Shown here: positions 9,312-17,677 of the stretch, one piece after another
Layout of the letters: every line of letters begins with the position of its first letter
How positions within the stretch are numbered: the stretch's first letter is position 1
Assembly: GCA_964453345.1 (NCBI GenBank)
Contig: CAYVOC010000017.1
Location: 3,618-31,929 of the forward strand
DNA: 28,312 bases
Direction: 5' to 3'
DNA from: an uncultured Aquificales bacterium
Lineage (GTDB): Bacteria; Thermosulfidibacterota; Thermosulfidibacteria; Thermosulfidibacterales; Thermosulfidibacteraceae
Made by a program: the position numbers and the translations under genes
The notes under the pieces: model-generated
The model's database searches: none
What the model was told of the DNA's origin: nothing
What the model saw: only the letters and a program-made list of their open reading frames with translations

Positions 9312-9914
9312 ATGAGGTTGCCCTACGGAGAGCTGAACAGGCTGGTGAGGCTTCTTCAGTCCGTTCCCGGGGTGGGGGACAGGTCCGCTCTGAAGATGGC
9401 CCTCTTTTTTGCGGAGATGGGGCCTAAAAGGGGCAGGGAGCTTGCAAGTCTGATATTGAAGGTGGTGGATGATCTGTCCAGGTGCCCTGAGTGCGGGAAC
9501 CTGGCGGAGGATGGCAAATGCTGGATCTGCGCCGATCCAGAAAGGGACACATCTGTGCTCATGCTTGTGGAGACGGTTCTGGATCTGCTTGTTATGGAGG
9601 AGGCAGGCTACAGGGGAGTATACCAGGTGGTTGCCGGACTTGTTCCCTCCACAAGGAGAATCAGAGAGGATGTGAAGAGCAGGGCGCTGGAGTCGGTGCT
9701 TTCCAGGGTTGATCGCTATGGGGTGAGGGAGGTGATTCTCGGTTTCCCCTACACGGTCAGGGGGGAGGCCTTAACCCGGTTCTTTTCGGCTGCCCTTAGG
9801 GGAAGGGTTCCCACGATCAGCCGTCTGGCCAGGGGGATTCCAACGGGAGGGGAGGTGGAGTTCATGGACTCCACAACTTTGAGTTTTTCGCTTTCCAGGA
9901 GGGAGAGGCTTTGA
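9312..9914 (+). CDS. recR: Recombination mediator RecR (divergent Toprim domain)
   Basis: HhH 'PGVGDRSA', Zn finger CPEC...CWIC, 'EVIL', 'SRLARGIPTGGEVEFMDSTTL', and synteny with dnaX-ybaB. Confidence 0.92.
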   Translation: MRLPYGELNRLVRLLQSVPGVGDRSALKMALFFAEMGPKRGRELASLILKVVDDLSRCPECGNLAEDGKCWICADPERDTSVLMLVETVLDLLVMEEAGYRGVYQVVAGLVPSTRRIREDVKSRALESVLSRVDRYGVREVILGFPYTVRGEALTRFFSAALRGRVPTISRLARGIPTGGEVEFMDSTTLSFSLSRRERL

Positions 9915-11413
9915 GGGAGGTGTTTGTAGACGGCGTTGGCATGACCAGGTTCGGAAAGTTTCCGGATAGATCCCTTGTGGATCTTATGGTTGAGGCCGGC
10001 AGAAAAGCCATAGATGGTTCAGCGACCTCCGATGTTGAGGCTGTTTTTGTTGGTTCCCAGAATCCGGAGGAGTTCACCGGCGAGGCGAACCTTGCAACTG
10101 CGGTGGCCGATGCCCTCGGGCTTGCGGGAATTCCGGCATACAGGGTTGAGACTGCCTCAAGCTCCGGGGCGAGTGTGATCGAGGCCGCCTTTTACGCTGT
10201 GGCTTCTGGCAGGTTTGACAGGGTGCTGGTGGTTGCAGGGGAAAAGATGACCCATCTTCCGACACCAAGGGTCACAAGGATCCTCGCCGAGGTGATAGAG
10301 GGGTATGAGAGGAACTCCGGTGCATCCATGGTGGCCCTGGCCGCCATGGTTACCCAGGCCTACGCCCATTACTCGGGGCTTGGCAGGGACAGGTTGGAGA
10401 GGGTGCTCTGCAGAATCGCTGTGAAAAACCATAAAAATGCTGTTTACAACGATTACGCCCAGTTCAGAAGGGAGATAACCCCGGAGCAGTATTACAACAG
10501 CAGGTTCATCTCCTACCCTCTGAGGCTGTATGACTGTGCTCCCATAACCGATGGGGCCGCCGCCATGGTGCTCACCTCTTCCAGAACCGATGTGAAGATA
10601 TCCGGTATAGGGCACGGAACCGATACCATAGCCGTGAGGCACAGGGCGTATCTTCATCACTTCAACGCTGCCAGAATCGCAGCTAAGCAGGCATACCAGA
10701 TGGCCAACAGATCCCCCGAGGAGATACAGTTCGCCGAGCTGCACGACGCCTTCACCTGCTTTGAGATAATAGGCGCGGAGGATCTGGGGCTTTTTGAAGA
10801 GGGCAAGGGCTGGAAGGCGGTTGAGAAGGGTGAAACCGAGGTTGACGGCAGACTTCCCGTTAATCCCAGCGGTGGTCTGAAGGCCAGGGGGCATCCCGTG
10901 GGTGCGTCGGGCCTTGCCCAGGCTGTTGAGATAGTGTGGCAGATGAGGGCGCAGGTCCCGAGGGAAAGACAGGTGAAGAGAAACGATATAGCCATTCTCC
11001 ACAGCATAGGCGGTATGTCCAACAACAATGTTGTGATCATATTTGAGAAGCCCGGGGTTCCCATGGGAAGGGGCTTCAGTTTTGACAGAGAGATAGCGGA
11101 TGTTTCCAAGCACAAGAAGGATCCTATCAGGGTTGCCGACTTTGGCTTTCTGGACGCCTACACCGTTTTGCATGTGGTCCCGGAGGGCTTCCCTTCCCCT
11201 TTGGTTCTGGGGCTTGTCAGCGTTCCCTCCGGTCACAGGATACTTGCCAGGGCCCTTAATCCCGTCCATTTCAAGGTGGGGGAGAGGGTCTTTGTGAGCA
11301 AGGAGGAGGACACCTTCTACTTCGTCAGGCCCTCTGCCCTGGAGAAGGCCTTGCTCAGGGTTAGAAGGGGAGCAAGAAGGTTGAAACTCTCGCTTAAGTG
11401 GATGCTGAGATGA
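9911..11413 (+). CDS. Thiolase-family (SCP2/archaeal-type) protein fused to a C-terminal DUF35-like OB-fold
   Basis: 'GVGMTRFGK', 'VETASSSG', 'GEKMT', 'KNHKNA', 'DCAPITDGAAA', 'ELHDAFT' and 'NPSGGLKARGHPVGASG'. The C-terminal 'YTVLHVVPEGFPSPLVLGLV...RILAR...KVGERV' is typical of the DUF35 OB domain. TTG start overlaps the recR stop. Confidence 0.85.
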   Translation: MREVFVDGVGMTRFGKFPDRSLVDLMVEAGRKAIDGSATSDVEAVFVGSQNPEEFTGEANLATAVADALGLAGIPAYRVETASSSGASVIEAAFYAVASGRFDRVLVVAGEKMTHLPTPRVTRILAEVIEGYERNSGASMVALAAMVTQAYAHYSGLGRDRLERVLCRIAVKNHKNAVYNDYAQFRREITPEQYYNSRFISYPLRLYDCAPITDGAAAMVLTSSRTDVKISGIGHGTDTIAVRHRAYLHHFNAARIAAKQAYQMANRSPEEIQFAELHDAFTCFEIIGAEDLGLFEEGKGWKAVEKGETEVDGRLPVNPSGGLKARGHPVGASGLAQAVEIVWQMRAQVPRERQVKRNDIAILHSIGGMSNNNVVIIFEKPGVPMGRGFSFDREIADVSKHKKDPIRVADFGFLDAYTVLHVVPEGFPSPLVLGLVSVPSGHRILARALNPVHFKVGERVFVSKEEDTFYFVRPSALEKALLRVRRGARRLKLSLKWMLR

Positions 11414-12492
11414 GGGAGCTTGAGGAGATAATCGTAGAGGAGATAAAGAGCAAAGGTCCCATAACCTTCAGAAGGTTTATGGAGCTTGCCCTATACCATC
11501 CAGAATACGGCTACTATTCAAGGGGACCTTCCATAGGCAAAAACGGGGACTTTTTCACCTCAAGTTCGGTTGGGGACATATTCGGAAGGACCTTGGCCCA
11601 CGCCTTTAAGGAGATGCTGGATGTGGTGGGAACCACCGATCTTGTGGAGATGGGCGCGGGAACCGGGGATCTTGCAGCCGATATACTCGGCGAGTTTGCG
11701 GACAGGGGATGGCCCGTTAGATACACAATTGTTGAAAAAAGCGGGCTGTTCAGGGAGAGGGAGCGTTCAAGGCTTGGGACCTTTGATGTCAGGGTGGTTG
11801 AAAGCGTCAGAGATCTGTCTCCCCTTTGCGGGGTCTTCTTCTCCAACGAGCTTGTGGATGCCTTCCCCGTTCACATGGTTAGAAAGGAGGGGGGCAAACT
11901 TTGGGAGGTCTATGTGGACTACAGGGACGGGTTTGTGGAGGTGCTTGGGGAGCCTTCGGATCCGAGGATAGAGGAGTTCTTTGCCATCCAGGGGGTTGAG
12001 CTTGATGAGGGCTTCACCACGGAGGTCAATCTGGACATGCTTTCGTGGCTGGAGGATGTGGCCGGGGTTCTGGAAAGGGGGTTCCTCGTCACCATAGACT
12101 ACGGCTACAACAGCCTTGAATACTACAGCCCTGTGAGGAGCAGGGGAACCCTTATGTGCTACTACAGGCACACGGCATCGGAGAATCCCTATGAGAGGGT
12201 GGGGGAGCAGGACATAACTTCCCATGTCAACTTCTCTGTTCTGGCGAGATACGGTGAGAGGCTCGGTTTCAGGGTGGTGGGCTTTACAAACCAGGCCAAT
12301 TTCCTTATAGATGCGGGTATTCTGAATCTGGCAAGAGACGAGAAAGATCTTATGAGGATAAAGACGCTGCTCATGCCTGGCTCTGGCATGGGAGACAGGT
12401 TCAGGGTGCTTGTTCAGGCGAAGGGCCTGGATAAAGAAATAGACTTGAGGTGTTTGAGAAATGCCCCCAAGAGAAAATCATTTGCTCTGTGA
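11410..12492 (+). CDS. SAM-dependent methyltransferase, MidA/NDUFAF7 family
   Basis: '[19 protein letters not shown]', 'GDFFTS', 'VEMGAGTG', '[10 protein letters not shown]', 'IDYG' and '[11 protein letters not shown]'. ATG 11410 forms an ATGA overlap with the upstream stop; the ORF track starts at 11398. Confidence 0.9.
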   Translation: MRELEEIIVEEIKSKGPITFRRFMELALYHPEYGYYSRGPSIGKNGDFFTSSSVGDIFGRTLAHAFKEMLDVVGTTDLVEMGAGTGDLAADILGEFADRGWPVRYTIVEKSGLFRERERSRLGTFDVRVVESVRDLSPLCGVFFSNELVDAFPVHMVRKEGGKLWEVYVDYRDGFVEVLGEPSDPRIEEFFAIQGVELDEGFTTEVNLDMLSWLEDVAGVLERGFLVTIDYGYNSLEYYSPVRSRGTLMCYYRHTASENPYERVGEQDITSHVNFSVLARYGERLGFRVVGFTNQANFLIDAGILNLARDEKDLMRIKTLLMPGSGMGDRFRVLVQAKGLDKEIDLRCLRNAPKRKSFAL

Positions 12493-13366
12493 CAGATACA
12501 AAAAGGAGATTGAGATAAGGATCGCCCAGGACAGGGTGAAGGGTGCATCGCAGCTTTACCTTGATGCTTTGAAGATCCTTAAAAAGTGGATTGAGGATAA
12601 TTCTGCCGATGAGGACTGTTTCAAGCGGATGCTCGCCCAGATAGTTAAGGGACAGCCCTCCATGGCCCCCATGCTCAACCTCGCCAACAATCTGCTTCTG
12701 GCCCTGGAGGAGGGTTGGGAAAGGGTAAAAAACTACATAGAGGAGGAGCTGGAGGCCTTTGAGAGGAGGCTGGAGGATCTCATCGCCAGCGGCGTGGATG
12801 TGCTTTCGAAATACAGCCGCTTTGCCACAACCTCTTACAGTTCAACGGTCAGAGAGGTATTCAGGGCCCTTGCTGAAAACAGCAAGGTATCCCTCTTAGT
12901 GGCCAAGGGCGATCCCGTGCCCTACGGGTTGAGACTGGCGGATGAGCTGTTTGATGCGGTTTCCACGATTATAACCACCGATGCCCTCGCCCCCTATCTT
13001 CTCAAGCAGGTGGATGCGGTGGTGGTGGGTGCGGATTCTGTGGACGAGACCGGTGTGGTCAACGGTGCGGGCACCTTTTCGCTGGCTTTGGCGGCAAAAT
13101 GGTATGGGGTTCCCTTCTATGTTGTTTGCGGAACGGAAAAATTTCTGCCCCAGCTTCTCTCCAGGTATCATGTGATAAGGGCTGAGGAGTATCCCGGCTC
13201 CTTTGATAGACCCCACAGGGTCGAATACAGGATCTTTGATGTTACACCCATCGAGCTTGTGAGCGGTTTTATAACCGAAAGGGGGCTTATGGATAGGGAA
13301 GAGTTTCTGAGGTATCAGGCGCAGCTTAAGGTTTCACCCCAGTTTCACTCGCTGCTTGAGATCTGA
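12461..13366 (+). CDS. eIF-2B alpha/beta/delta (IF-2B) family protein, aIF-2B/sugar-phosphate isomerase-like
   Basis: 'DRVKGASQL', 'QPSMAPMLN', 'TTSYSSTV', 'VVVGADSV', 'VVNGAGT' and '[17 protein letters not shown]'. GAGGTG RBS upstream. Confidence 0.85.
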   Translation: MPPRENHLLCDRYKKEIEIRIAQDRVKGASQLYLDALKILKKWIEDNSADEDCFKRMLAQIVKGQPSMAPMLNLANNLLLALEEGWERVKNYIEEELEAFERRLEDLIASGVDVLSKYSRFATTSYSSTVREVFRALAENSKVSLLVAKGDPVPYGLRLADELFDAVSTIITTDALAPYLLKQVDAVVVGADSVDETGVVNGAGTFSLALAAKWYGVPFYVVCGTEKFLPQLLSRYHVIRAEEYPGSFDRPHRVEYRIFDVTPIELVSGFITERGLMDREEFLRYQAQLKVSPQFHSLLEI

Positions 13367-14277
13367 GCCAGCTGATCGGGCAGCCTTTCGACCTTCAGTT
13401 CCCTTATGTTGAAGCCGGATGCAAGTTCCACAAGGGTGTTGTAGCATCTCTCTTCCATTTTCAGAAGGTCCTGCAGGCTGCAATTCACCTCTGCAAGCTC
13501 CTTCGTGAATGGTTCAAGCTCGGCTTCGGGATTCCTCATGGGCATCCTTGAGGAGAGGAGCACGGGGACCACTGAGGTTGCCTCAAGTCCCAGCTTCTTC
13601 ACCTTTTCGAGGCTTTCGTTGTGCAGCCCTATCGCACACACGAGTATTGCCGGAAAGCCCCATTTTTTTGCCATCCATGCGCCGGCCTGGGCGTGGTTCC
13701 ACGAGAGCTTTTTGTTCTCCACAGCGGAAAGGGGCTGGGGGTTCTTCTTCCATTCCTCATACACGATTTTATATTCCTTGAACCAGTCCTTGAGCAGCAC
13801 CGGAAGCGCTATATCCTGTAAAAGCGCCCCTGTGAAGGCCTCATCCGGGTCCCCTATCTTCAGGTTCTGGGAGAGTTCCTTTCCCATTATGGCCCTGTAT
13901 AGGGAAACGCTCCAGAAGAGGTTGAAGTCGAATCCCTCAACCTTCGGATCCTTAACGGCCTTTCTTACACCGTAGGATATGGCGATGTTCTCAAGCCTCT
14001 TTAGGCCGAGGGTGGATATCGCCTGTTTAACGCTTTTGACCTCGCTTTTTAGCCCGTAGAGGGGGGAGTTTGCCATCCTCAGAACCTGGGCTGAAAGGCC
14101 GGGATCCGTTCCCACAATTGAAGCTACTCTATCTATGCTGCACTCCGGGTCCCTCAGCGCCTCCATAAGCTTCATTACCGCTTCGGGAAGTGGAGGTATC
14201 TCCTTGTCCTTAAAGATCTTTTCGAAGTTTCCCGTTGCTAAGGCTGCGTATCTCTTTATTTTGCTAAAGATCTTCAT
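13345..14277 (-). CDS. HDOD-domain signal transduction protein
   Basis: 'IPPLPEAV', '[18 protein letters not shown]', 'AISTLG', 'FWSVS', '[10 protein letters not shown]' and '[15 protein letters not shown]'. AGGAG lies 8 nt upstream of the ATG on the minus strand. Confidence 0.9.
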   Translation of the reverse strand: MKIFSKIKRYAALATGNFEKIFKDKEIPPLPEAVMKLMEALRDPECSIDRVASIVGTDPGLSAQVLRMANSPLYGLKSEVKSVKQAISTLGLKRLENIAISYGVRKAVKDPKVEGFDFNLFWSVSLYRAIMGKELSQNLKIGDPDEAFTGALLQDIALPVLLKDWFKEYKIVYEEWKKNPQPLSAVENKKLSWNHAQAGAWMAKKWGFPAILVCAIGLHNESLEKVKKLGLEATSVVPVLLSSRMPMRNPEAELEPFTKELAEVNCSLQDLLKMEERCYNTLVELASGFNIRELKVERLPDQLAQISSSE

Positions 14278-14285
14278 TATTATTA

Positions 14286-14315
14286 CTCCTGTGGGTTAGA
14301 TTTATCCCAAAGGAG
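14286..14315. promoter_or_regulatory. 30-bp imperfect inverted repeat containing the Shine-Dalgarno sites of both divergent genes
   Basis: CTCCTGTGGGTTAGA / TTTATCCCAAAGGAG gives 12 of 15 Watson-Crick pairs around the 14300/14301 axis. The outer arms are AGGAG on each strand. Confidence 0.6.
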
Positions 14316-14403
14316 GGGTGCAATCAAGCTCACGGATCGATTAATTTGGCAGATTTCCAAAATCTATAGACTTAGCTACTGGTATCTTCTGACCCGCCTC
14401 GGG

Positions 14404-15012
14404 GTGAAGGTTGCCACCGCCCTTTATCTTCTGGTCGCTGTGGTCTTCAGCATGCTGGTTATGGCGGCGGTTTCCTACTTCACCTCGTGGGTTTACATCT
14501 TCCCTTCCATAGGTCCCTCTGTCTTCACGATATTCTACTTTCCATCCTCCCCCATGTCCGCACCCAGAAACACCGTGCTGGGGCATGCCTGCGGTCTTGC
14601 CATAGGTTATGCCTGTTACAAGCTCATGGGGGTGGTGGGATTTGCAAAGCATTCTTCTCTGCTTCTGGTGTCCTCCGGGATTTCCATGGGGATTTTCGCC
14701 ATATTCATGATCATCACCGGGATCATGCATCCCCCTGCGGCTTCAAGCTGTCTCATAGCCTCCCTCGGGCTTGTGAAGAGCCTTTATCAGGCTGTGGGCA
14801 TGGTGGGATCCATGATTTTCATATGCTTGGTGGGATATGTGATGAACAACCTGGCGGGTATAGAGTATCCCCTCTGGAGTCCGGAGTCCGAGGCGCCCCT
14901 GCCCAAGATAAAGACGGTTCTGGGGGATGTGAGCGAGCTTGAATCCGATGACGAGATAGAGAGGCTCGCCGCAAAGATCGTTCTGCGCCAGAAGCTTGAC
15001 GATGATGAGTGA
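14404..15012 (+). CDS. HPP-family integral membrane protein (true start possibly ATC at 14323)
   Basis: 'IFPSIGPSVF', 'SAPRNTVLGH', 'MHPPAA' and multiple TM helices. The frame is stop-free upstream to 14242. Confidence 0.9.
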   Translation: MKVATALYLLVAVVFSMLVMAAVSYFTSWVYIFPSIGPSVFTIFYFPSSPMSAPRNTVLGHACGLAIGYACYKLMGVVGFAKHSSLLLVSSGISMGIFAIFMIITGIMHPPAASSCLIASLGLVKSLYQAVGMVGSMIFICLVGYVMNNLAGIEYPLWSPESEAPLPKIKTVLGDVSELESDDEIERLAAKIVLRQKLDDDE

Positions 15013-15029
15013 AGGGAGGTGGTGCGTTA

Positions 15030-15986
15030 ATGGATACCACCGCCGTTGATGTGAGCATGCTGGTCCCTCTGCCTGTGGATATGCTCAAGCAGATAGACTT
15101 CACCGAGATCGCCATATACCTCGTTCACGGAAACAGGCCCGTTCTTTACAAGAACAGAGGGGTTCCCCTGACGGATGAGTTTTTGACGGATCTTTATGAG
15201 AGGCTTCAGAGCTTTTACATTTTGAGGTCTGACACTAAAATTGTTGTCAATGAGATAGGTAAGAGGCTTCAGGAGGCCTTTTCCAAGCCCGCCGATCTCT
15301 CTAATGTGAAGGAGATCTTTGATCAGATCACCAACCTTGTGGATATGGTTCTGACAACACCTTCTAAGGAGAACCTCAATTTTGTCCGGCAGTTTACCTC
15401 GGATCTTGCCGAGTATGTGGAGGAAAATTCTAATGCCGCTTATCTTGTGGCCTTCACTGTTAAGAAGGACTTTGTAACTGCGGTGCACATGAGCAATGTT
15501 GGAGCCTTGGTTTCGGGCTTTGCATACCATCTCGGGCTGAGGGGAGGGGAGTATAAGAGGCTCGTGGTTGCAGCCTTTTTGCACGATATGGGCAAAACGA
15601 GGGTTCCGGAGGGTATACTCAAAAAGCCGGGGAAGCTTTCCCTCAGGGAATTTGAGGTGATGAAGAAGCACACCGTTTGGGGAGCCAAACTTCTCAGGGA
15701 GAACGGTATGGACGAGTATGCGGATGTGGCCATGTATCATCACGAGTATTTGGATGGATCAGGGTATCCGGAGGGGTTGAAGGGGGAGAAGATCCCCTTT
15801 GAAGCGAGGATTGTTCAGATCTGCGATGTGTATGAGGCTTTGACAGGGATAAGACCCTACAGGGACTCCATGATTCCCTTCGATGCCTTGAGGCTTTTGA
15901 GAGACGAGTTTGTCCTCAAGGGCAAAATAGGCAAGGATCTGTATTCGGACTTCCTCATCTTTCTTTACAGAAACCGCTACGATTGA
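15030..15986 (+). CDS. HD-GYP domain cyclic dinucleotide phosphodiesterase
   Basis: 'FLHDMGK', 'KPGKLS..EF..MKKH', 'HHEYLDGSGYPEGL' and 'DVYEALTGIRPYR'. GGAGGTGG RBS precedes ATG 15030; the ORF track starts at 15009. Confidence 0.92.
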   Translation: MDTTAVDVSMLVPLPVDMLKQIDFTEIAIYLVHGNRPVLYKNRGVPLTDEFLTDLYERLQSFYILRSDTKIVVNEIGKRLQEAFSKPADLSNVKEIFDQITNLVDMVLTTPSKENLNFVRQFTSDLAEYVEENSNAAYLVAFTVKKDFVTAVHMSNVGALVSGFAYHLGLRGGEYKRLVVAAFLHDMGKTRVPEGILKKPGKLSLREFEVMKKHTVWGAKLLRENGMDEYADVAMYHHEYLDGSGYPEGLKGEKIPFEARIVQICDVYEALTGIRPYRDSMIPFDALRLLRDEFVLKGKIGKDLYSDFLIFLYRNRYD

Positions 15987-15999
15987 TATAAGCCAAGGC

Positions 16000-16416
16000 A
16001 TGATTGCAGAGGCCTTTGTCAGGGTCAGATACGGTGAAACCGACAGGATGGGGGTGGCCTATTACGCCAACTATTTTGTGTGGTTTGAGGTGGCAAGAAC
16101 AGCCCTTTTTGCGAGTATAGGCCTTCCCTATAGGGTGCTCGAGGAGTCCTACGATTGTGTTCTTCCGGTGGTGGAGGCCTCCTGCCGCTACAGGCGTTAT
16201 GTCAGATACGATGATGAGCTGGAGATTGAATGCTGGCTTTCCAGGGTTGCCAGAAGGGGGGTGACCTTCGGCTACAGGATACTCAAGGATGGCGGGCTTG
16301 TGGCGGAGGGGTTTACTAAGCATGTGGTTGTGGATAAAAGGGGGAAGACGAAAAGTTTCCCGCAGTCTGTTTATAACATACTGAAAAAGGTGGAGTATGG
16401 AGGTCATAAAACCTGA
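16000..16416 (+). CDS. Acyl-CoA thioesterase, YbgC/4HBT hot-dog family
   Basis: '[27 protein letters not shown]' and 'YDDEL'. Confidence 0.9.
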   Translation: MIAEAFVRVRYGETDRMGVAYYANYFVWFEVARTALFASIGLPYRVLEESYDCVLPVVEASCRYRRYVRYDDELEIECWLSRVARRGVTFGYRILKDGGLVAEGFTKHVVVDKRGKTKSFPQSVYNILKKVEYGGHKT

Positions 16417-17677
16417 AGGTTCGGCCGATATCTCTTCTCTAATACGCAGTCACACCTATGTTGATCCTTCCGTAACCCAGCGGGTCTTAGAGATTCTGAA
16501 CGGGGTCAGAAGATCCGGAGACAAGGCGCTTGTTGAATACACCAAAGAGCTTGATGGCTGGAAGCCCGATTCCATAGAGGCTGATCATAGTGAGCTTGAG
16601 TCTGCCTGGAAGGGCCTTCCCGAACGGGATAGGGAGGTTCTGCTTCTGGCTAAAGAAAGAATCGAAAGCTATCACAGACAGCAGGTGGAGCGGTCCTGGT
16701 TTGTTGAGGAAGGGGGATCGGTCCTTGGGATGTTCGTCCGTCCCCTTGAGAGGGTGGGTGTGTATGTTCCCGGGGGAAGGGCTGCCTACCCCTCAACGGT
16801 GCTCATGAACGTTGTTCCTGCAAGGGTTGCGGGTGTGGGAGAAGTTATCATGTGTGTCCCTGCGCCCGGCGGATACAAGAACCCCTATGTGCTTGCGGCT
16901 GCCTACATCGCCGGGGTTGACAGGCTCTTCTTCGTGGGAGGCGCTCAGGCGGTTGCGGCCATGGCCTTCGGGACGGAGACGGTTCCGAAGGTGGATAAGA
17001 TCGTGGGTCCGGGCAACATTTACGTTGCCGAGGCCAAAAGGCTTGTTTACGGTGAGGTTGATATAGACAGCATAGCGGGTCCGAGCGAGGTTCTGGTGAT
17101 AGCTGATGATTCAGCCAATCCTTCCTGGGTTGCCGCTGATCTTCTCTCCCAGGCGGAGCACGATCCCATGGCGAGGCCCATTCTGGTCTCTTTGGGCAGA
17201 GATCTGGCCTTAGAGGTCATTGAGTGCGTGAACAGACAGCTTCCTGCTCTTCCCACCAAGGAGGTGGCCGAGGCTTCCTGGAGGGACAATGGGATTGTGG
17301 TGGTTGTGGATTCCTTGGAGGAGGCGGCTGAGGTGGCCAACGCCTTTGCCCCTGAGCATCTCGAGGTTGCGGTTAAGGATCCCTGGGCGCTTGTTCCCAT
17401 GCTTAAAAACGCCGGGGCCATATTTGTGGGTCCCTACTCGCCCGAACCCATGGGGGATTACATCGCCGGTCCCAATCACACCCTTCCCACAGGCGGAAGG
17501 GCCAGGTTCTCATCCCCTTTGGGGGTTTACCACTTCTACAAGAGGACATCCCTTATAGCCTTGGATAGAGCGAAATTTTTTGAGCTATCGGAGGCTGCAA
17601 TGAGACTTGCGGAGATAGAGGGCCTCTGGGCCCACAGGGCGTCTGTAGCAAAAAGAGTGGAGGGGGAGGAGGAATGA
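16397..17677 (+). CDS. hisD: Histidinol dehydrogenase
   Basis: 'GVYVPGG', '[13 protein letters not shown]', 'DKIVGPGN', 'AGPSE', 'DLLSQAEHD', 'APEHL' and '[13 protein letters not shown]'. Confidence 0.97.
   Translation: MEVIKPEGSADISSLIRSHTYVDPSVTQRVLEILNGVRRSGDKALVEYTKELDGWKPDSIEADHSELESAWKGLPERDREVLLLAKERIESYHRQQVERSWFVEEGGSVLGMFVRPLERVGVYVPGGRAAYPSTVLMNVVPARVAGVGEVIMCVPAPGGYKNPYVLAAAYIAGVDRLFFVGGAQAVAAMAFGTETVPKVDKIVGPGNIYVAEAKRLVYGEVDIDSIAGPSEVLVIADDSANPSWVAADLLSQAEHDPMARPILVSLGRDLALEVIECVNRQLPALPTKEVAEASWRDNGIVVVVDSLEEAAEVANAFAPEHLEVAVKDPWALVPMLKNAGAIFVGPYSPEPMGDYIAGPNHTLPTGGRARFSSPLGVYHFYKRTSLIALDRAKFFELSEAAMRLAEIEGLWAHRASVAKRVEGEEE

Noticed and set aside
10157..11269. 370-aa minus-strand ORF opposite the thiolase, and similar shadows (8438-9313, 15027-15743, 22720-23421, 25402-26061)
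   Set aside because: They lie fully inside well-supported sense genes and show no family motifs.
13345..13366. Terminator between the convergent eIF-2B-like and HDOD genes
   Set aside because: The 3' ends overlap by 22 nt and no hairpin plus U-tract is evident.
14230..14370. Sigma70 promoter candidates (TTGCTA-N16-TATTTT on +, TTGATT-N17-TAAATC on -) and a short inverted repeat AGATTT-CCA-AAATCT at 14351-14365
   Set aside because: The matches are weak or short enough to occur by chance in AT-rich sequence, and cannot be called without TSS data.
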